From: an uncultured Planctomycetaceae bacterium
GTDB taxonomy: Bacteria > Planctomycetota > Planctomycetia > Isosphaerales > Isosphaeraceae
Length of the DNA stretch: 64,000 nucleotides
Assembly (NCBI GenBank): GCA_963833985.1
Contig: CAWIAD010000001.1
Coordinates: forward strand, 1,120,001-1,184,000
Direction of reading: 5' to 3'
The notes under the pieces were generated by a model. That model was not told the origin of the DNA and searched no databases. It worked only from the letters and a program-made list of their open reading frames with translations. Position 1 is the first letter of the stretch. Each line of letters opens with the position of its first letter. Positions 45,923-54,476 of this stretch are shown here, piece after piece. The position numbers and the translations under genes are program-made.

Positions 45923-46223
45923 TCCGGAACATCTCGAGGAGATCGGAGGGCTTGGTAGCGAGAACCGGTGTACGATTCCCATTTGTTGCTTGGCTGATAA
46001 CAGAGATTCCGATATAATTTAGTGGGCCAGCGTGCTCCGGTACTGTCCTCCGTGCCCCTGCTGTTCAGCTTGCCATCTTCCAACCAAGAGATCGGGCACC
46101 TCTCATGTCGCAGCCGATTGGGGGAGCGATTCGCGGCGGCAACGGCTCCGCTCCAGCCGACGCTTCCCCATCCCGTGGTGAAGCCGCTTCGTCCAAGGAA
46201 GTGCATTTCTAAGGGGACCGACC

Positions 46224-47318
46224 ATGGACATTTCTTATGCGATGGCGATCGGAATCATCGTCGCCTCAGTATTTGGGCCAGGTGAAGATCTCTCGACAGA
46301 GGCAAAGAAAGCCCGCGAGAAGGACTATCACGAGTTTCTTCTCACGTACTTCAACCGTACTGGAGGAGAACAACGGGGCTGGACATCTTACGCGCCGCGC
46401 TTCCTTGAATTTGCTGAACGCGTCCCTGAGGACGAAGTCGGGTTTGACGCGTCGCAATGGATCGTCAGGTGGGATCCCGTAGGGAACGGGAGATCTGAAA
46501 GGGCTCTGTCTCTGCTAGCAAAGCATCATTATAGTTGCAGCCACAGAGACCTAATTCGACTCCTCGTCTCCCCGAAGTTCTTTGGAGTTGGTTCAGATAA
46601 TGTGGTCCATGTGCTTCGGTCGATTGCTGGTGCTGACCGAAAGAACAAACAAGTCACTGCCGAGGCCTCTCTGGCCATTGCTCAGTTCCTTTTCAACCGA
46701 GCCGAACTTGTTCGCCTAGTAAAAGCAGATCCCGGCGGCTCCCTCGCTCGCAGCCTTGAGGGCTGGTATGGAACATCTTATGTGGCCGACCTTCGGTCTC
46801 GCGACCCCAATGCCGAGAAAGCCAGCGGGCAATCGTGCTTTGAGCAAGCGCGAAAACGATTCCCGGAATTCATCAAGAGCCACTGCAGCTATGGAGACTC
46901 GTCGAAACACACGGTGGGACTGGACATCGATGGAAAGATTCTAAAGCTTGCCGATTACGACGACAGAGTCGTGGTGATTTGCTTTTGGGGGCAATCATGC
47001 CCGCCCTGCAGGGAGATGATTCCTTCGGAAAAAAAGCTCGTAGCTCGCATGAAGGACAAGCCATTCACCTTGCTTGGCGTGGCCTGCGATGCCGACATGC
47101 AGAGCACCAAGACGTACATCATAAAAAACGGAATTACATGGAAAACATGGTGGGACGGCGGCCCCACTCATCCAATCCTCGAAGAGTGGGATGTCCGCGA
47201 GCTTCCAACTGTGATCGTGATGGACAGTCAGCACGTGATCCGATATCGGGACATTCGAGGCGAGGAGCTTGAAGCGGCCGTCGTCTCATTGCTGGAAGAG
47301 GCCAAACTCCCGCATTAG
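46224..47318 (+). CDS. TlpA-family thioredoxin-like protein with N-terminal helical extension (lower GC)
   Basis: GLDIDGKILKLADYDDRVVVICFWGQSCPPCREMIP..WDVRELPT; AAGGGG RBS. Confidence 0.9.
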   Translation: MDISYAMAIGIIVASVFGPGEDLSTEAKKAREKDYHEFLLTYFNRTGGEQRGWTSYAPRFLEFAERVPEDEVGFDASQWIVRWDPVGNGRSERALSLLAKHHYSCSHRDLIRLLVSPKFFGVGSDNVVHVLRSIAGADRKNKQVTAEASLAIAQFLFNRAELVRLVKADPGGSLARSLEGWYGTSYVADLRSRDPNAEKASGQSCFEQARKRFPEFIKSHCSYGDSSKHTVGLDIDGKILKLADYDDRVVVICFWGQSCPPCREMIPSEKKLVARMKDKPFTLLGVACDADMQSTKTYIIKNGITWKTWWDGGPTHPILEEWDVRELPTVIVMDSQHVIRYRDIRGEELEAAVVSLLEEAKLPH

Positions 47319-47376
47319 TTATTTTAGCGTCATAGAACACGCCGACCGAATCGCGGTTTGCCTCGCGCAGCTGATG

Positions 47377-47747
47377 TCAACTGCCCTTGCGGTTAACCCG
47401 GATCGAGAGGTATCTGAAAACACCACCGGCCGCCAGGGCAGTCATGGCACCAAGAAAGGACCAATACGACATCGGCGATAATGACGACGAGCTCTGATCG
47501 CTTCGGATTTCCGGCAGTCCGAAGGAGGCGAGTGTGAATCGTGCCTGGTCGGGCGAGCGTAGTTCGTCAAAATCGAGGAAGTTGAAGGTATGAAGACCGT
47601 CAGGGGAATCTATAGTGGCAGTTACTGGGCGAGGTATTGATCCGTCGTGTGGGTGCTGGAATTCGGTCACCCCATGAATGGTCTTGCCCTTGAAGGTCCG
47701 GGACAGATTGCTCTCATACTCCTTGATCACCCAAGCCTGATCGGCGA
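47377..47747 (-). pseudogene. 5'-truncated C-terminal fragment of a membrane-anchored protein
   Basis: Open frame ADQAWVIKEYE..FTLASFGLPE..YWSFLGAMTALAAGGVFRYLSIR* begins exactly at the repeat motif. Confidence 0.7.
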
Positions 47748-47772
47748 GTTCCGGGGACACCATACTCAATTC
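47748..47772 (-). repeat. Inverted copy of the GTATGGTGTCCCCGGAAC motif
   Basis: + strand GTTCCGGGGACACCATACTCAATTC; 21/25 match to the reverse complement of 45897-45921. Confidence 0.85.
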
Positions 47773-47789
47773 TTGCCGCCATAGGGAGG

Positions 47790-47960
47790 TCACGCCCGCA
47801 CAAACTGATGCCCCCGGCAATCGTCGGACCAGGCGTTTTAGCTCCAGCACGCTGAGCGTCGCCAGGACCTGCGAGGCGGTCAGTCCGGTGCGGACGATCA
47901 GCTCGTCGAGGCAGAAGGGTGCACTTGCAAGCGGGCCCAGGAGCGAGGCTCCTGATCGCC
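47790..47960 (-). pseudogene. dprA: dprA 3' fragment, copy A (last ~56 codons, degenerate)
   Basis: [45 protein letters not shown], then HQFVRA* in a shifted frame. Confidence 0.9.
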
Positions 47961-48193
47961 GGGGAGCCGATACGACGACGAAGCGAGATTCAACATCGAC
48001 TCGCCCCCGTTGCTGCATCCTGTTTAAAACTAGAAATGATGTGATATGCAGAACAGAAGATAGTAGTATGTACATGCGATGCTGTTAGCCAGACTGTCTG
48101 AGTACTCCCGATAGATGCATGCAAGCATTTTGTGGTTCATACTCTACACTTTCGAAAACCCCGCTTGGGCGGGAATCGGTCTGGGTGGCGATT

Positions 48194-49390
48194 CTACGCC
48201 CGGATGAACTGGTGGCCGGGGAGGCGGCGGACCAGGCGCTTGAGCTCGAGTACGGAAAGGGTTGCCAGGACCTGAGATGCAGTGAGCCCCGTGCGGACGA
48301 TCAGCTCGTCGACGCCGGAGGGTGCACTTTCAAGCTGGCCCAGGAGCGACCGTTCCTGATCGCTGAGGGCCAGCTCGGCGGGATGGCGGACAGCGGGCTC
48401 ATCGGGGGCGGTGTGGACCTCGCGCACCAGCGGTCCCAGCTCTTCGAGGATGTCGTCGACGGTTTCCACGAGCCGTGCACCGTCGCGGATCAGGCGATGG
48501 CAGCCGCGGCTGCACAGGCTGTCGACCGGGCCGGGGACGGCGAAGACCTCGCGGTTCTGTTCCATCGCGTGGTTGGCCGTGGAAAGCGAGCCGCTCCGGG
48601 GCGCCGCCTCGACCACGACGACGCCAAGACATAAACCGGAAATAATGCGATTGCGCTGCGGGAAGAGGCCGGCGATGGGGCCCTGGCGCATCGGCAGCTC
48701 GGAGAGGACGGCGCCGCGGGCGGCAACCTCGTTGGCCAGCTCGCCGTGCTCGGAGGGGTAAACCTGCTCCAGGCCGTTGGCCAGCACCGCGATCGTCCGG
48801 CCGCCGGCCTTCAGCGCGCCGCGGTGCGCGGCCGCGTCGATGCCGCGAGCCAGGCCAGAGACGATCGTGAAGCCGGTCCGCGCCAGCGACGCGGCCAGCT
48901 TCTCCGCGATGCGCAGGCCGTACGGGGTGCATCGCCGCGAGCCCACCAGGGCGATGGCAAGCTGGTCGCGCGGCTCGAGCGTGCCGCGCACGTAGAGCAG
49001 GGCGGGCGGGTCGGGGATCTCCAGCAGGGGAGGCGGATAGGGCGGATCGCCACGCGGGAGCAGATCGACGCCGTGCTGGCGGCAGAGCGCGATCTCGACC
49101 GCGGCGTCCAGCTCCTTGCGGGCCTGATGGACCTTCTCGGCCACTTTCGGGCCGATACCGGCCACGCCCCGGAGCGCGGAGAGCGAGGCGTCGAGAACCC
49201 GGCCGGCCGTTCCGAATCGCTCCAGCAGGGCACCAAAGAGGTGCGGACCCACGCCGGGCACGAGCGTGAGCAGGATCAGGTCACTCAGGTCGTCGGGTGT
49301 TGCAGGCCGATCCAAGTCACGCTCCGGTCGTGGAGTACAGTGGTCGTCAGGTCCGGCGATCGACGGAGATCGAGGAGATCGACTGGTCAC
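48194..49390 (-). CDS. dprA: DNA-processing protein DprA (intact)
   Basis: ALVGSRRCTPYG, IVSGLARGIDAAAHRGAL, FPQRNRIISGL, VVEAAPRSGSL, C-terminal winged helix. Confidence 0.98.
   Translation of the reverse strand: MTSRSPRSPSIAGPDDHCTPRPERDLDRPATPDDLSDLILLTLVPGVGPHLFGALLERFGTAGRVLDASLSALRGVAGIGPKVAEKVHQARKELDAAVEIALCRQHGVDLLPRGDPPYPPPLLEIPDPPALLYVRGTLEPRDQLAIALVGSRRCTPYGLRIAEKLAASLARTGFTIVSGLARGIDAAAHRGALKAGGRTIAVLANGLEQVYPSEHGELANEVAARGAVLSELPMRQGPIAGLFPQRNRIISGLCLGVVVVEAAPRSGSLSTANHAMEQNREVFAVPGPVDSLCSRGCHRLIRDGARLVETVDDILEELGPLVREVHTAPDEPAVRHPAELALSDQERSLLGQLESAPSGVDELIVRTGLTASQVLATLSVLELKRLVRRLPGHQFIRA
48624..48653 (-). other. Candidate tyrosine-recombinase core (att/dif-like) site inside dprA
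   Basis: Minus strand CAATCGCATTA-TTTCCGGT-TTATGTCTTGG. AT-rich codon run in a GC-rich gene, coinciding with the start of copy B (45665-45694). Confidence 0.55.
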
Positions 49391-50526
49391 CTGGATACGG
49401 CGTCGAGCACCGCCCGGACGTCTTCGGGTCTGGCGGCGTCGGTCAGCTCGACGTGCCCGAGGGCCCTCGGCAGCACAAACCGCACCTTGCCGCGCTGGTT
49501 CTTCTTGTCTCGGCCCATGGCCTCAAGCAGGCCCTCGAGATCGAGACCGGCGATCGTGACCGGCAGCCCGAATCGCTCCAGCAGCCCGCGCACGCGCGCG
49601 GTGACCGCGGAGCTGATCCAGCCCAGGCGTTCGGCCAGCAGGCACTCGGCCACCATGCCGGCCGACACGGCCTCGCCATGCTGGAAGGCGCCGCCGTAGC
49701 CGGCAACCGCCTCGATGGCGTGAGCCACGGTATGGCCGAAGTTGAGCACGGCTCGCACGCCGGTCTGCTCGCACTCGTCACGGGCGACCACGTCGGCCTT
49801 CAGCTCGCAGCAACGGGCGATGATGGATCGCAGGCTCGCGCTGTCGCGGGCGAGGATCGCCCCGGCGCTGGTTTCGAGCATCGTGAAGAATGCCGCGTCG
49901 AGGATGACCCCGTACTTGACCACCTCGGCCAGGCCGCAGCGGAGCTCGCGGTCGGGGAGCGTGGCCAGGGTGTCCGTGTCGATCCAGACCCCGACCGGCT
50001 GGTGGAAGGCACCGATGACGTTCTTGGCCCGGGGGTGGTTGACGCCCACCTTGCCGCCGACGGAGCTGTCGACCTGGGCCAGCAGGGTGGTCGGCAGCAT
50101 GAGCAGGGGGAGCCCGCGCGTGAAGGTGGCGGCGACGAAGCCGGCGAGGTCGCCGATGACACCTCCGCCCAGCGCCACCACCAGGGTATGGCGGTCGGCC
50201 TGCATGGCGACCAGCTCGTCGTAGAGGGCGACGGCGTGCGCCACGGACTTGGTCGGCTCGCCGGGGGGGAGCACCGCCAGGCGGCAGCCGACCCCGGCCG
50301 ATGCGAGCGCGTCCCGGCAAAGCGGGAGGGCCGGCAGTCCGGCCACATTGTCGTCGGTGACCAGAAGTGCGGACCGGCAGGCCTTGCCGGCCCAGGTGGC
50401 ATCGAGCGCCGCGCGGGCGAAACGGCCAAGCCCTGCGGGATCGTCACTGCTGATCCGGACCTCGTAGGCGCGCGGACCCAGCGGCACGGCCACCTGGATC
50501 TCGGGTCCGGGATAGGTCACTGGCAT
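49387..50526 (-). CDS. aroB: 3-dehydroquinate synthase
   Basis: ALGGGVIGDLAGF, PTTLLAQVDSSVGGKVGVN, LNFGHTVAHAIE, HGEAV, RDKK. Confidence 0.98.
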   Translation of the reverse strand: MPVTYPGPEIQVAVPLGPRAYEVRISSDDPAGLGRFARAALDATWAGKACRSALLVTDDNVAGLPALPLCRDALASAGVGCRLAVLPPGEPTKSVAHAVALYDELVAMQADRHTLVVALGGGVIGDLAGFVAATFTRGLPLLMLPTTLLAQVDSSVGGKVGVNHPRAKNVIGAFHQPVGVWIDTDTLATLPDRELRCGLAEVVKYGVILDAAFFTMLETSAGAILARDSASLRSIIARCCELKADVVARDECEQTGVRAVLNFGHTVAHAIEAVAGYGGAFQHGEAVSAGMVAECLLAERLGWISSAVTARVRGLLERFGLPVTIAGLDLEGLLEAMGRDKKNQRGKVRFVLPRALGHVELTDAARPEDVRAVLDAVSR

Positions 50527-50734
50527 GCGGAATGCTAACTCCTGAGGAAGAACGTCGAGAAATCCTCGCCGTCGGGTCAAGTCAGTTTAACATGCGCGCG
50601 GCGATCGCCTGAAGAGCGTGCAGCTCGGACCCGGACACGGCTGGTCGCGTTGCCTCCCCGTAACGATATGGATAGGATATGGTAGCAAGGTCGTGTCCCG
50701 AGTGGCGATTGTTACCCACTTCGAGTGGCCCACC

Positions 50735-51817
50735 ATGAGCGATCCTCTGACGTGGTCCCCGATCCGTCTGGGCCGCTGGTTCGGAACGACGGTCAAGGTT
50801 CACATCTTCCTGATCCTGTTCGTCGCCACCGAACTCTTGATGGCCCTGCTGGCCACCAAGGCGGAGGACGGCTTTCGCCGCCTGCCCCAGACCGCGTGCT
50901 GGCTCTCGCTGCTCTTGCTGGCCCTGGCCATCCATGAGCTGGGCCATGCCCTCGTCGCCTACTGGCTGGACTGCGAGCAGGATGACGTTCACCTCTGGCC
51001 GCTGGGGAACCTGGTCGGGCCGTCGCTGTCGCCACGCTCCAGCGAGCACTTTCTGGTGGCGCTGGCGGGGCCGGTGGCCAGCGGGTCACTCTGCCTGGGC
51101 ATCGCCGTGGCGCTGAACCTGTTCACCGGCGCTCGCTTTGTCTGGAACCCGTTCGGTCAGCCCACGGACTCCGGCGCGCCGATGCTGGCCAGCGGCACCC
51201 TGGCCGTGCCGCTCTCGCCGGTCTGGGTCATCGGCTGGTTCGGCTACCTGAACTATCTCCTGTTCCTGGTGAACCTGCTGCCGGCCTTGCCGTTCGACGG
51301 CGGCCGGATGTTCCGAGCCTACCTCTCCAGCACGTCGCTGGTGTCCGCCCGGGACAGCAATTACGCTCCCTGGACGGCACGCGCCACGGCGGCCATCCTG
51401 TTCCTGACCGGGCTGGTGCGGCTGCTGGTGAAGTGGCGGGCGGACGGCATCACGGTCATCATGCTCGCGCTCTTGATCGAGCTCCTGGTGAGGACCGAGT
51501 CGCGGATGCTCGAGGACGGCGGTTATTTCGAGGATGGCGTCTTCGGCTACGATTTCTCGGAGGGTTACACCAGCCTGGAAAACAGTGCCGCCAAGGTCCG
51601 GCCGTACAAGGAAAGCGCGCTGCGGCGCTGGCGGCGGCGGCGCTCCGAGCTGCGCCGGCAAAGGCGTCTGGTGCGCGAGGCTGCCGAGGAACGGCGCATG
51701 GACGAGATCCTTGACAAGCTGCATCGCGAAGGCCGCACAGCGCTGACCGACGAGGAGCACCGCTTCCTGGTGCGCGTCAGCACGCGCTATCGCAACCGCC
51801 AGAAGACCCGGGAATGA
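50735..51817 (+). CDS. Site-2 (M50) intramembrane metalloprotease with C-terminal helical extension
   Basis: HELGH, ALAGP, NLLPALPFDGGR, MDEILDKLHREG..LTDEE. Confidence 0.92.
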   Translation: MSDPLTWSPIRLGRWFGTTVKVHIFLILFVATELLMALLATKAEDGFRRLPQTACWLSLLLLALAIHELGHALVAYWLDCEQDDVHLWPLGNLVGPSLSPRSSEHFLVALAGPVASGSLCLGIAVALNLFTGARFVWNPFGQPTDSGAPMLASGTLAVPLSPVWVIGWFGYLNYLLFLVNLLPALPFDGGRMFRAYLSSTSLVSARDSNYAPWTARATAAILFLTGLVRLLVKWRADGITVIMLALLIELLVRTESRMLEDGGYFEDGVFGYDFSEGYTSLENSAAKVRPYKESALRRWRRRRSELRRQRRLVREAAEERRMDEILDKLHREGRTALTDEEHRFLVRVSTRYRNRQKTRE

Positions 51818-51886
51818 CGAATCGCTGGCCCTCTGTCGTTTCCTCCCTCCCTCGCGTCCATTCTGGACCGCTCCGGAAACCCACGC

Positions 51887-52357
51887 ATGACGACCCGATC
51901 GCAGGCCGCGCGGCCGAAGCAGCCAGGCCGATCCGAGCTCAAGCCGGGACAGTGCCTGTGCGATTTCTGCACCGGCAAGTGCTGCCGCTACTTTTCGCTG
52001 CCCATCGACACCCCGAACACCTGGGACGACTACGATTCGATCCGCTGGTACCTGGCCCACGGCCAGACCCTGGTGTACGTGGTGAAGGAGCAGTGGTACC
52101 TGCTGGTCAAGACCCGCTGCCAGTACCTGGCCCCGGACAACCGTTGCCGCATCTACCTGAGCCGCCCCAAGATCTGCCGCGAGTACACGACCGACGATTG
52201 CGAGTATGACGAGGGCTGGTCGTTCACCAAGGTGTTCGAGACCCCCGAGCAGATCTGGGAGTACGCCGAAGCCGTGCTTCCCCCTCGCCGGCGGCGCAAG
52301 CCCGCCCCGGGCGGCGGCCTGCCAATTCTCCAGCCCGCGGGTGGTCGCGCCCGTTGA
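51887..52357 (+). CDS. YkgJ-family Zn/Fe-chelating cysteine-cluster protein
   Basis: CDFCTGKCC..CQYL..NRCRIYLSRPKICREY. Confidence 0.92.
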   Translation: MTTRSQAARPKQPGRSELKPGQCLCDFCTGKCCRYFSLPIDTPNTWDDYDSIRWYLAHGQTLVYVVKEQWYLLVKTRCQYLAPDNRCRIYLSRPKICREYTTDDCEYDEGWSFTKVFETPEQIWEYAEAVLPPRRRRKPAPGGGLPILQPAGGRAR

Positions 52358-52460
52358 CCGCGGACGGGAAAACTGCATGATAGAGTCCAAGTGGTTGGCT
52401 CTTCGCGGCTTGCGGATCTGCCGGAAGGCCCGGTCCGACCACGGCGCTGGCAGTTCGACA

Positions 52461-53081
52461 ATGGCCATACGGTCAAACCACTACGAAGCTGCCTTCGAGG
52501 CCTACATTCGCGGCTTGCGAGTGCCGTGCGTGGCCGTCGACGAGGCCCGGCGCGCCATCTTCGGCGAGGACGGGCTGAAGAACCCCGATTTTCTGCTCTA
52601 TCCCCGGTTCGCCACGAACCTGGTGGTGGAAGTGAAAGGGAAACGAGGCAAGAATGCAAGGGGCCGGCGTGACTGGGAAAACTGGGTGACCACCGATGAT
52701 CTCGACGGCCTGGTGCGCTGGCAGGCCATGTTCGGACCCGGGTTCCGCTCGCTGCTGGCGTTCGTGTACGCGGAGTCACCGCAAGCCTTTCCGCTTCCCC
52801 GGGACAGTGGCGCCTTTGAGTTCCGCGGGCTCGAATACCGCTTCTGGGGGGTGGGCCTGGATGATTACGTGGCTCACCTCAGGTCCCGCGGGCCGGCCTG
52901 GAAAGCCGTCGCCATGGCGCGCGCGGCATTCCGCCGCCGGGTCCGCCCGCTCCATGAATGGCTGCCGATGGCCGCGACTGCTCCCCGTAAACCCAAACCC
53001 GTCAAGGAAACTGAACGATGCGGCAGAACCGACCTTCCTGGATCTCCAGGTTTGCGGCCGCGGTACTGGCGGTGGGCCTGA
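52461..53081 (+). CDS. HYExAFE family protein (PD-(D/E)xK nuclease-like)
   Basis: SNHYEAAFEAYIR..VAVDEARR..KNPDFLL..VEVKGKR..ENWVTTDD. Confidence 0.85.
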   Translation: MAIRSNHYEAAFEAYIRGLRVPCVAVDEARRAIFGEDGLKNPDFLLYPRFATNLVVEVKGKRGKNARGRRDWENWVTTDDLDGLVRWQAMFGPGFRSLLAFVYAESPQAFPLPRDSGAFEFRGLEYRFWGVGLDDYVAHLRSRGPAWKAVAMARAAFRRRVRPLHEWLPMAATAPRKPKPVKETERCGRTDLPGSPGLRPRYWRWA

Positions 53082-53224
53082 TCATGGCCCCGGCCGCCAG
53101 GGCGCAGGTTGAGGAAAGCACCGGGGGCGGCGATTCCAAGGGCCGCCCGCTGGACGGCTACATCGCCACCGGCATGCTCTGCGGGCTGGCCCTGTTCATC
53201 ATCGCCAAGTCGGCCCGGCGCTGA
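53018..53224 (+). CDS. Small membrane protein
   Basis: Signal peptide plus C-terminal TM ending in KSARR; AAGGA RBS. Confidence 0.7.
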   Translation: MRQNRPSWISRFAAAVLAVGLIMAPAARAQVEESTGGGDSKGRPLDGYIATGMLCGLALFIIAKSARR

Positions 53225-53283
53225 AGGCCAACGCTCAGGGCGCACCGGCTCATGTTTCCTCGTGGCAGCCAGGGAGGCCGGCC

Positions 53284-54432
53284 ATGTCTCCGGACTGGGA
53301 TGCGCTGCGTGCCGCCGAGTTCCCCGTCGCGCTGCGCTGGGCGTATTTCGACCACGCCGCCGTGGCGCCCCTGCCGCACCGCTCCGCGGAGATGCTCCGC
53401 GCCTGGGCGCAGGACCAGGAGCAGAACGGCGTCGTGGACTGGCCGGTCTGGGGAGATCGCCTCGAGGCCGTGCGCGACCGCATCGCCCGCTTGATCGGCG
53501 CCAGCCGCGACGAGATCGCCTTCGTGAGTTCGACGACCCAGGGGATCGGCCTGGTGGCCGAGGGGTTCCCCTGGAACCACGGCGACAGCGTGGTGATTCC
53601 GGCCGAGGAATACCCGTCGAACATCTACCCCTGGATGAACCTTGCCAGCCGGGGAGTCTCGGTGCGTCTGGTCCCCGGCCGGGACGGGCGGATCTGGCCG
53701 GAAGACCTGGCCGCGGCGATGGACCGGACGACGCGAGTGCTGGCGGTCAGCCACGTGGAGTTTTCTTCCGGCTTCCGCAACGACCTCGATGAGCTGGGGG
53801 AAATCTGCCGGGTGCGCGGTGTGGCGCTGTTCGTGGACGCAATTCAGGGGCTAGGCCCGCTCCTTGTGGACGTCGGCCGCACGCCCATCGATTTCCTGGC
53901 CGCCGACGGCCACAAGTGGCTGCTCGGGCCCGAGGGCGCGGGGCTGCTTTACATTCGCGGCCACTGGATCGATCGGCTGCGACCGATCGGAGTCGGCTGG
54001 CACAGCGTCGTCGGGTCGTACAACTCGCCGGAAATCGACTTCCAGTTGAAGCCCAGCGCCCAGAGGTGGGAAGGGGGGTCGTTCAACATGGCCGGCTTGC
54101 AGGCGCTGGGGGCGAGCCTCAGCCTGTTCGAGGAGATCGGCGTCCCGGCGGTCTCGGCGCGGATCCTCGAGCGTGCCGAGGCGGTCCGCGAGCTGGCGGC
54201 CCGTGCCGGGTGGCGGCTCTTCGGCTCCAGCCGGCCTGCCGATCACGCGGGCATCGTCGCCCTCGAGCATGACGATCTGCCCGCCGAGCAGGCCGCTCGC
54301 GCCCTCAAGGAACGCGGGATCGTGGTGGCCGCTCGCCGCGGTAAGCTGCGCATCAGCCCGCACATTTACAACTCGGATGACGATCTTGAGCGTCTCGAAG
54401 CGGCACTGGTAGAGTGTCGCCGTCTTGTCTGA
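53284..54432 (+). CDS. Aminotransferase class V / cysteine desulfurase-like PLP enzyme
   Basis: YFDHAAVAP, VDAIQGLG, ADGHKWLLGPEGAG, LRISPHIYN. Confidence 0.93.
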   Translation: MSPDWDALRAAEFPVALRWAYFDHAAVAPLPHRSAEMLRAWAQDQEQNGVVDWPVWGDRLEAVRDRIARLIGASRDEIAFVSSTTQGIGLVAEGFPWNHGDSVVIPAEEYPSNIYPWMNLASRGVSVRLVPGRDGRIWPEDLAAAMDRTTRVLAVSHVEFSSGFRNDLDELGEICRVRGVALFVDAIQGLGPLLVDVGRTPIDFLAADGHKWLLGPEGAGLLYIRGHWIDRLRPIGVGWHSVVGSYNSPEIDFQLKPSAQRWEGGSFNMAGLQALGASLSLFEEIGVPAVSARILERAEAVRELAARAGWRLFGSSRPADHAGIVALEHDDLPAEQAARALKERGIVVAARRGKLRISPHIYNSDDDLERLEAALVECRRLV

Positions 54433-54476
54433 GCCCATCACGGTCGCACTCGGCCGCAGATACGACGAGGTCAGCC

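Noticed and set aside
43058..47960. dprA copies as a plain assembly duplication
   Set aside because: The copies differ by many synonymous changes, distinct deletions and different flanks, which an artefactual repeat would not show. Strain chimerism is not fully excluded.
47377..48075. 232-aa ORF as a real gene
   Set aside because: It is a chance read-through of spacer, dprA copy A, the repeat motif and a truncated cargo gene.
43058..48193. Integron or diversity-generating retroelement
   Set aside because: No intI, attC-like sites or reverse transcriptase; differences between copies are not adenine-specific.
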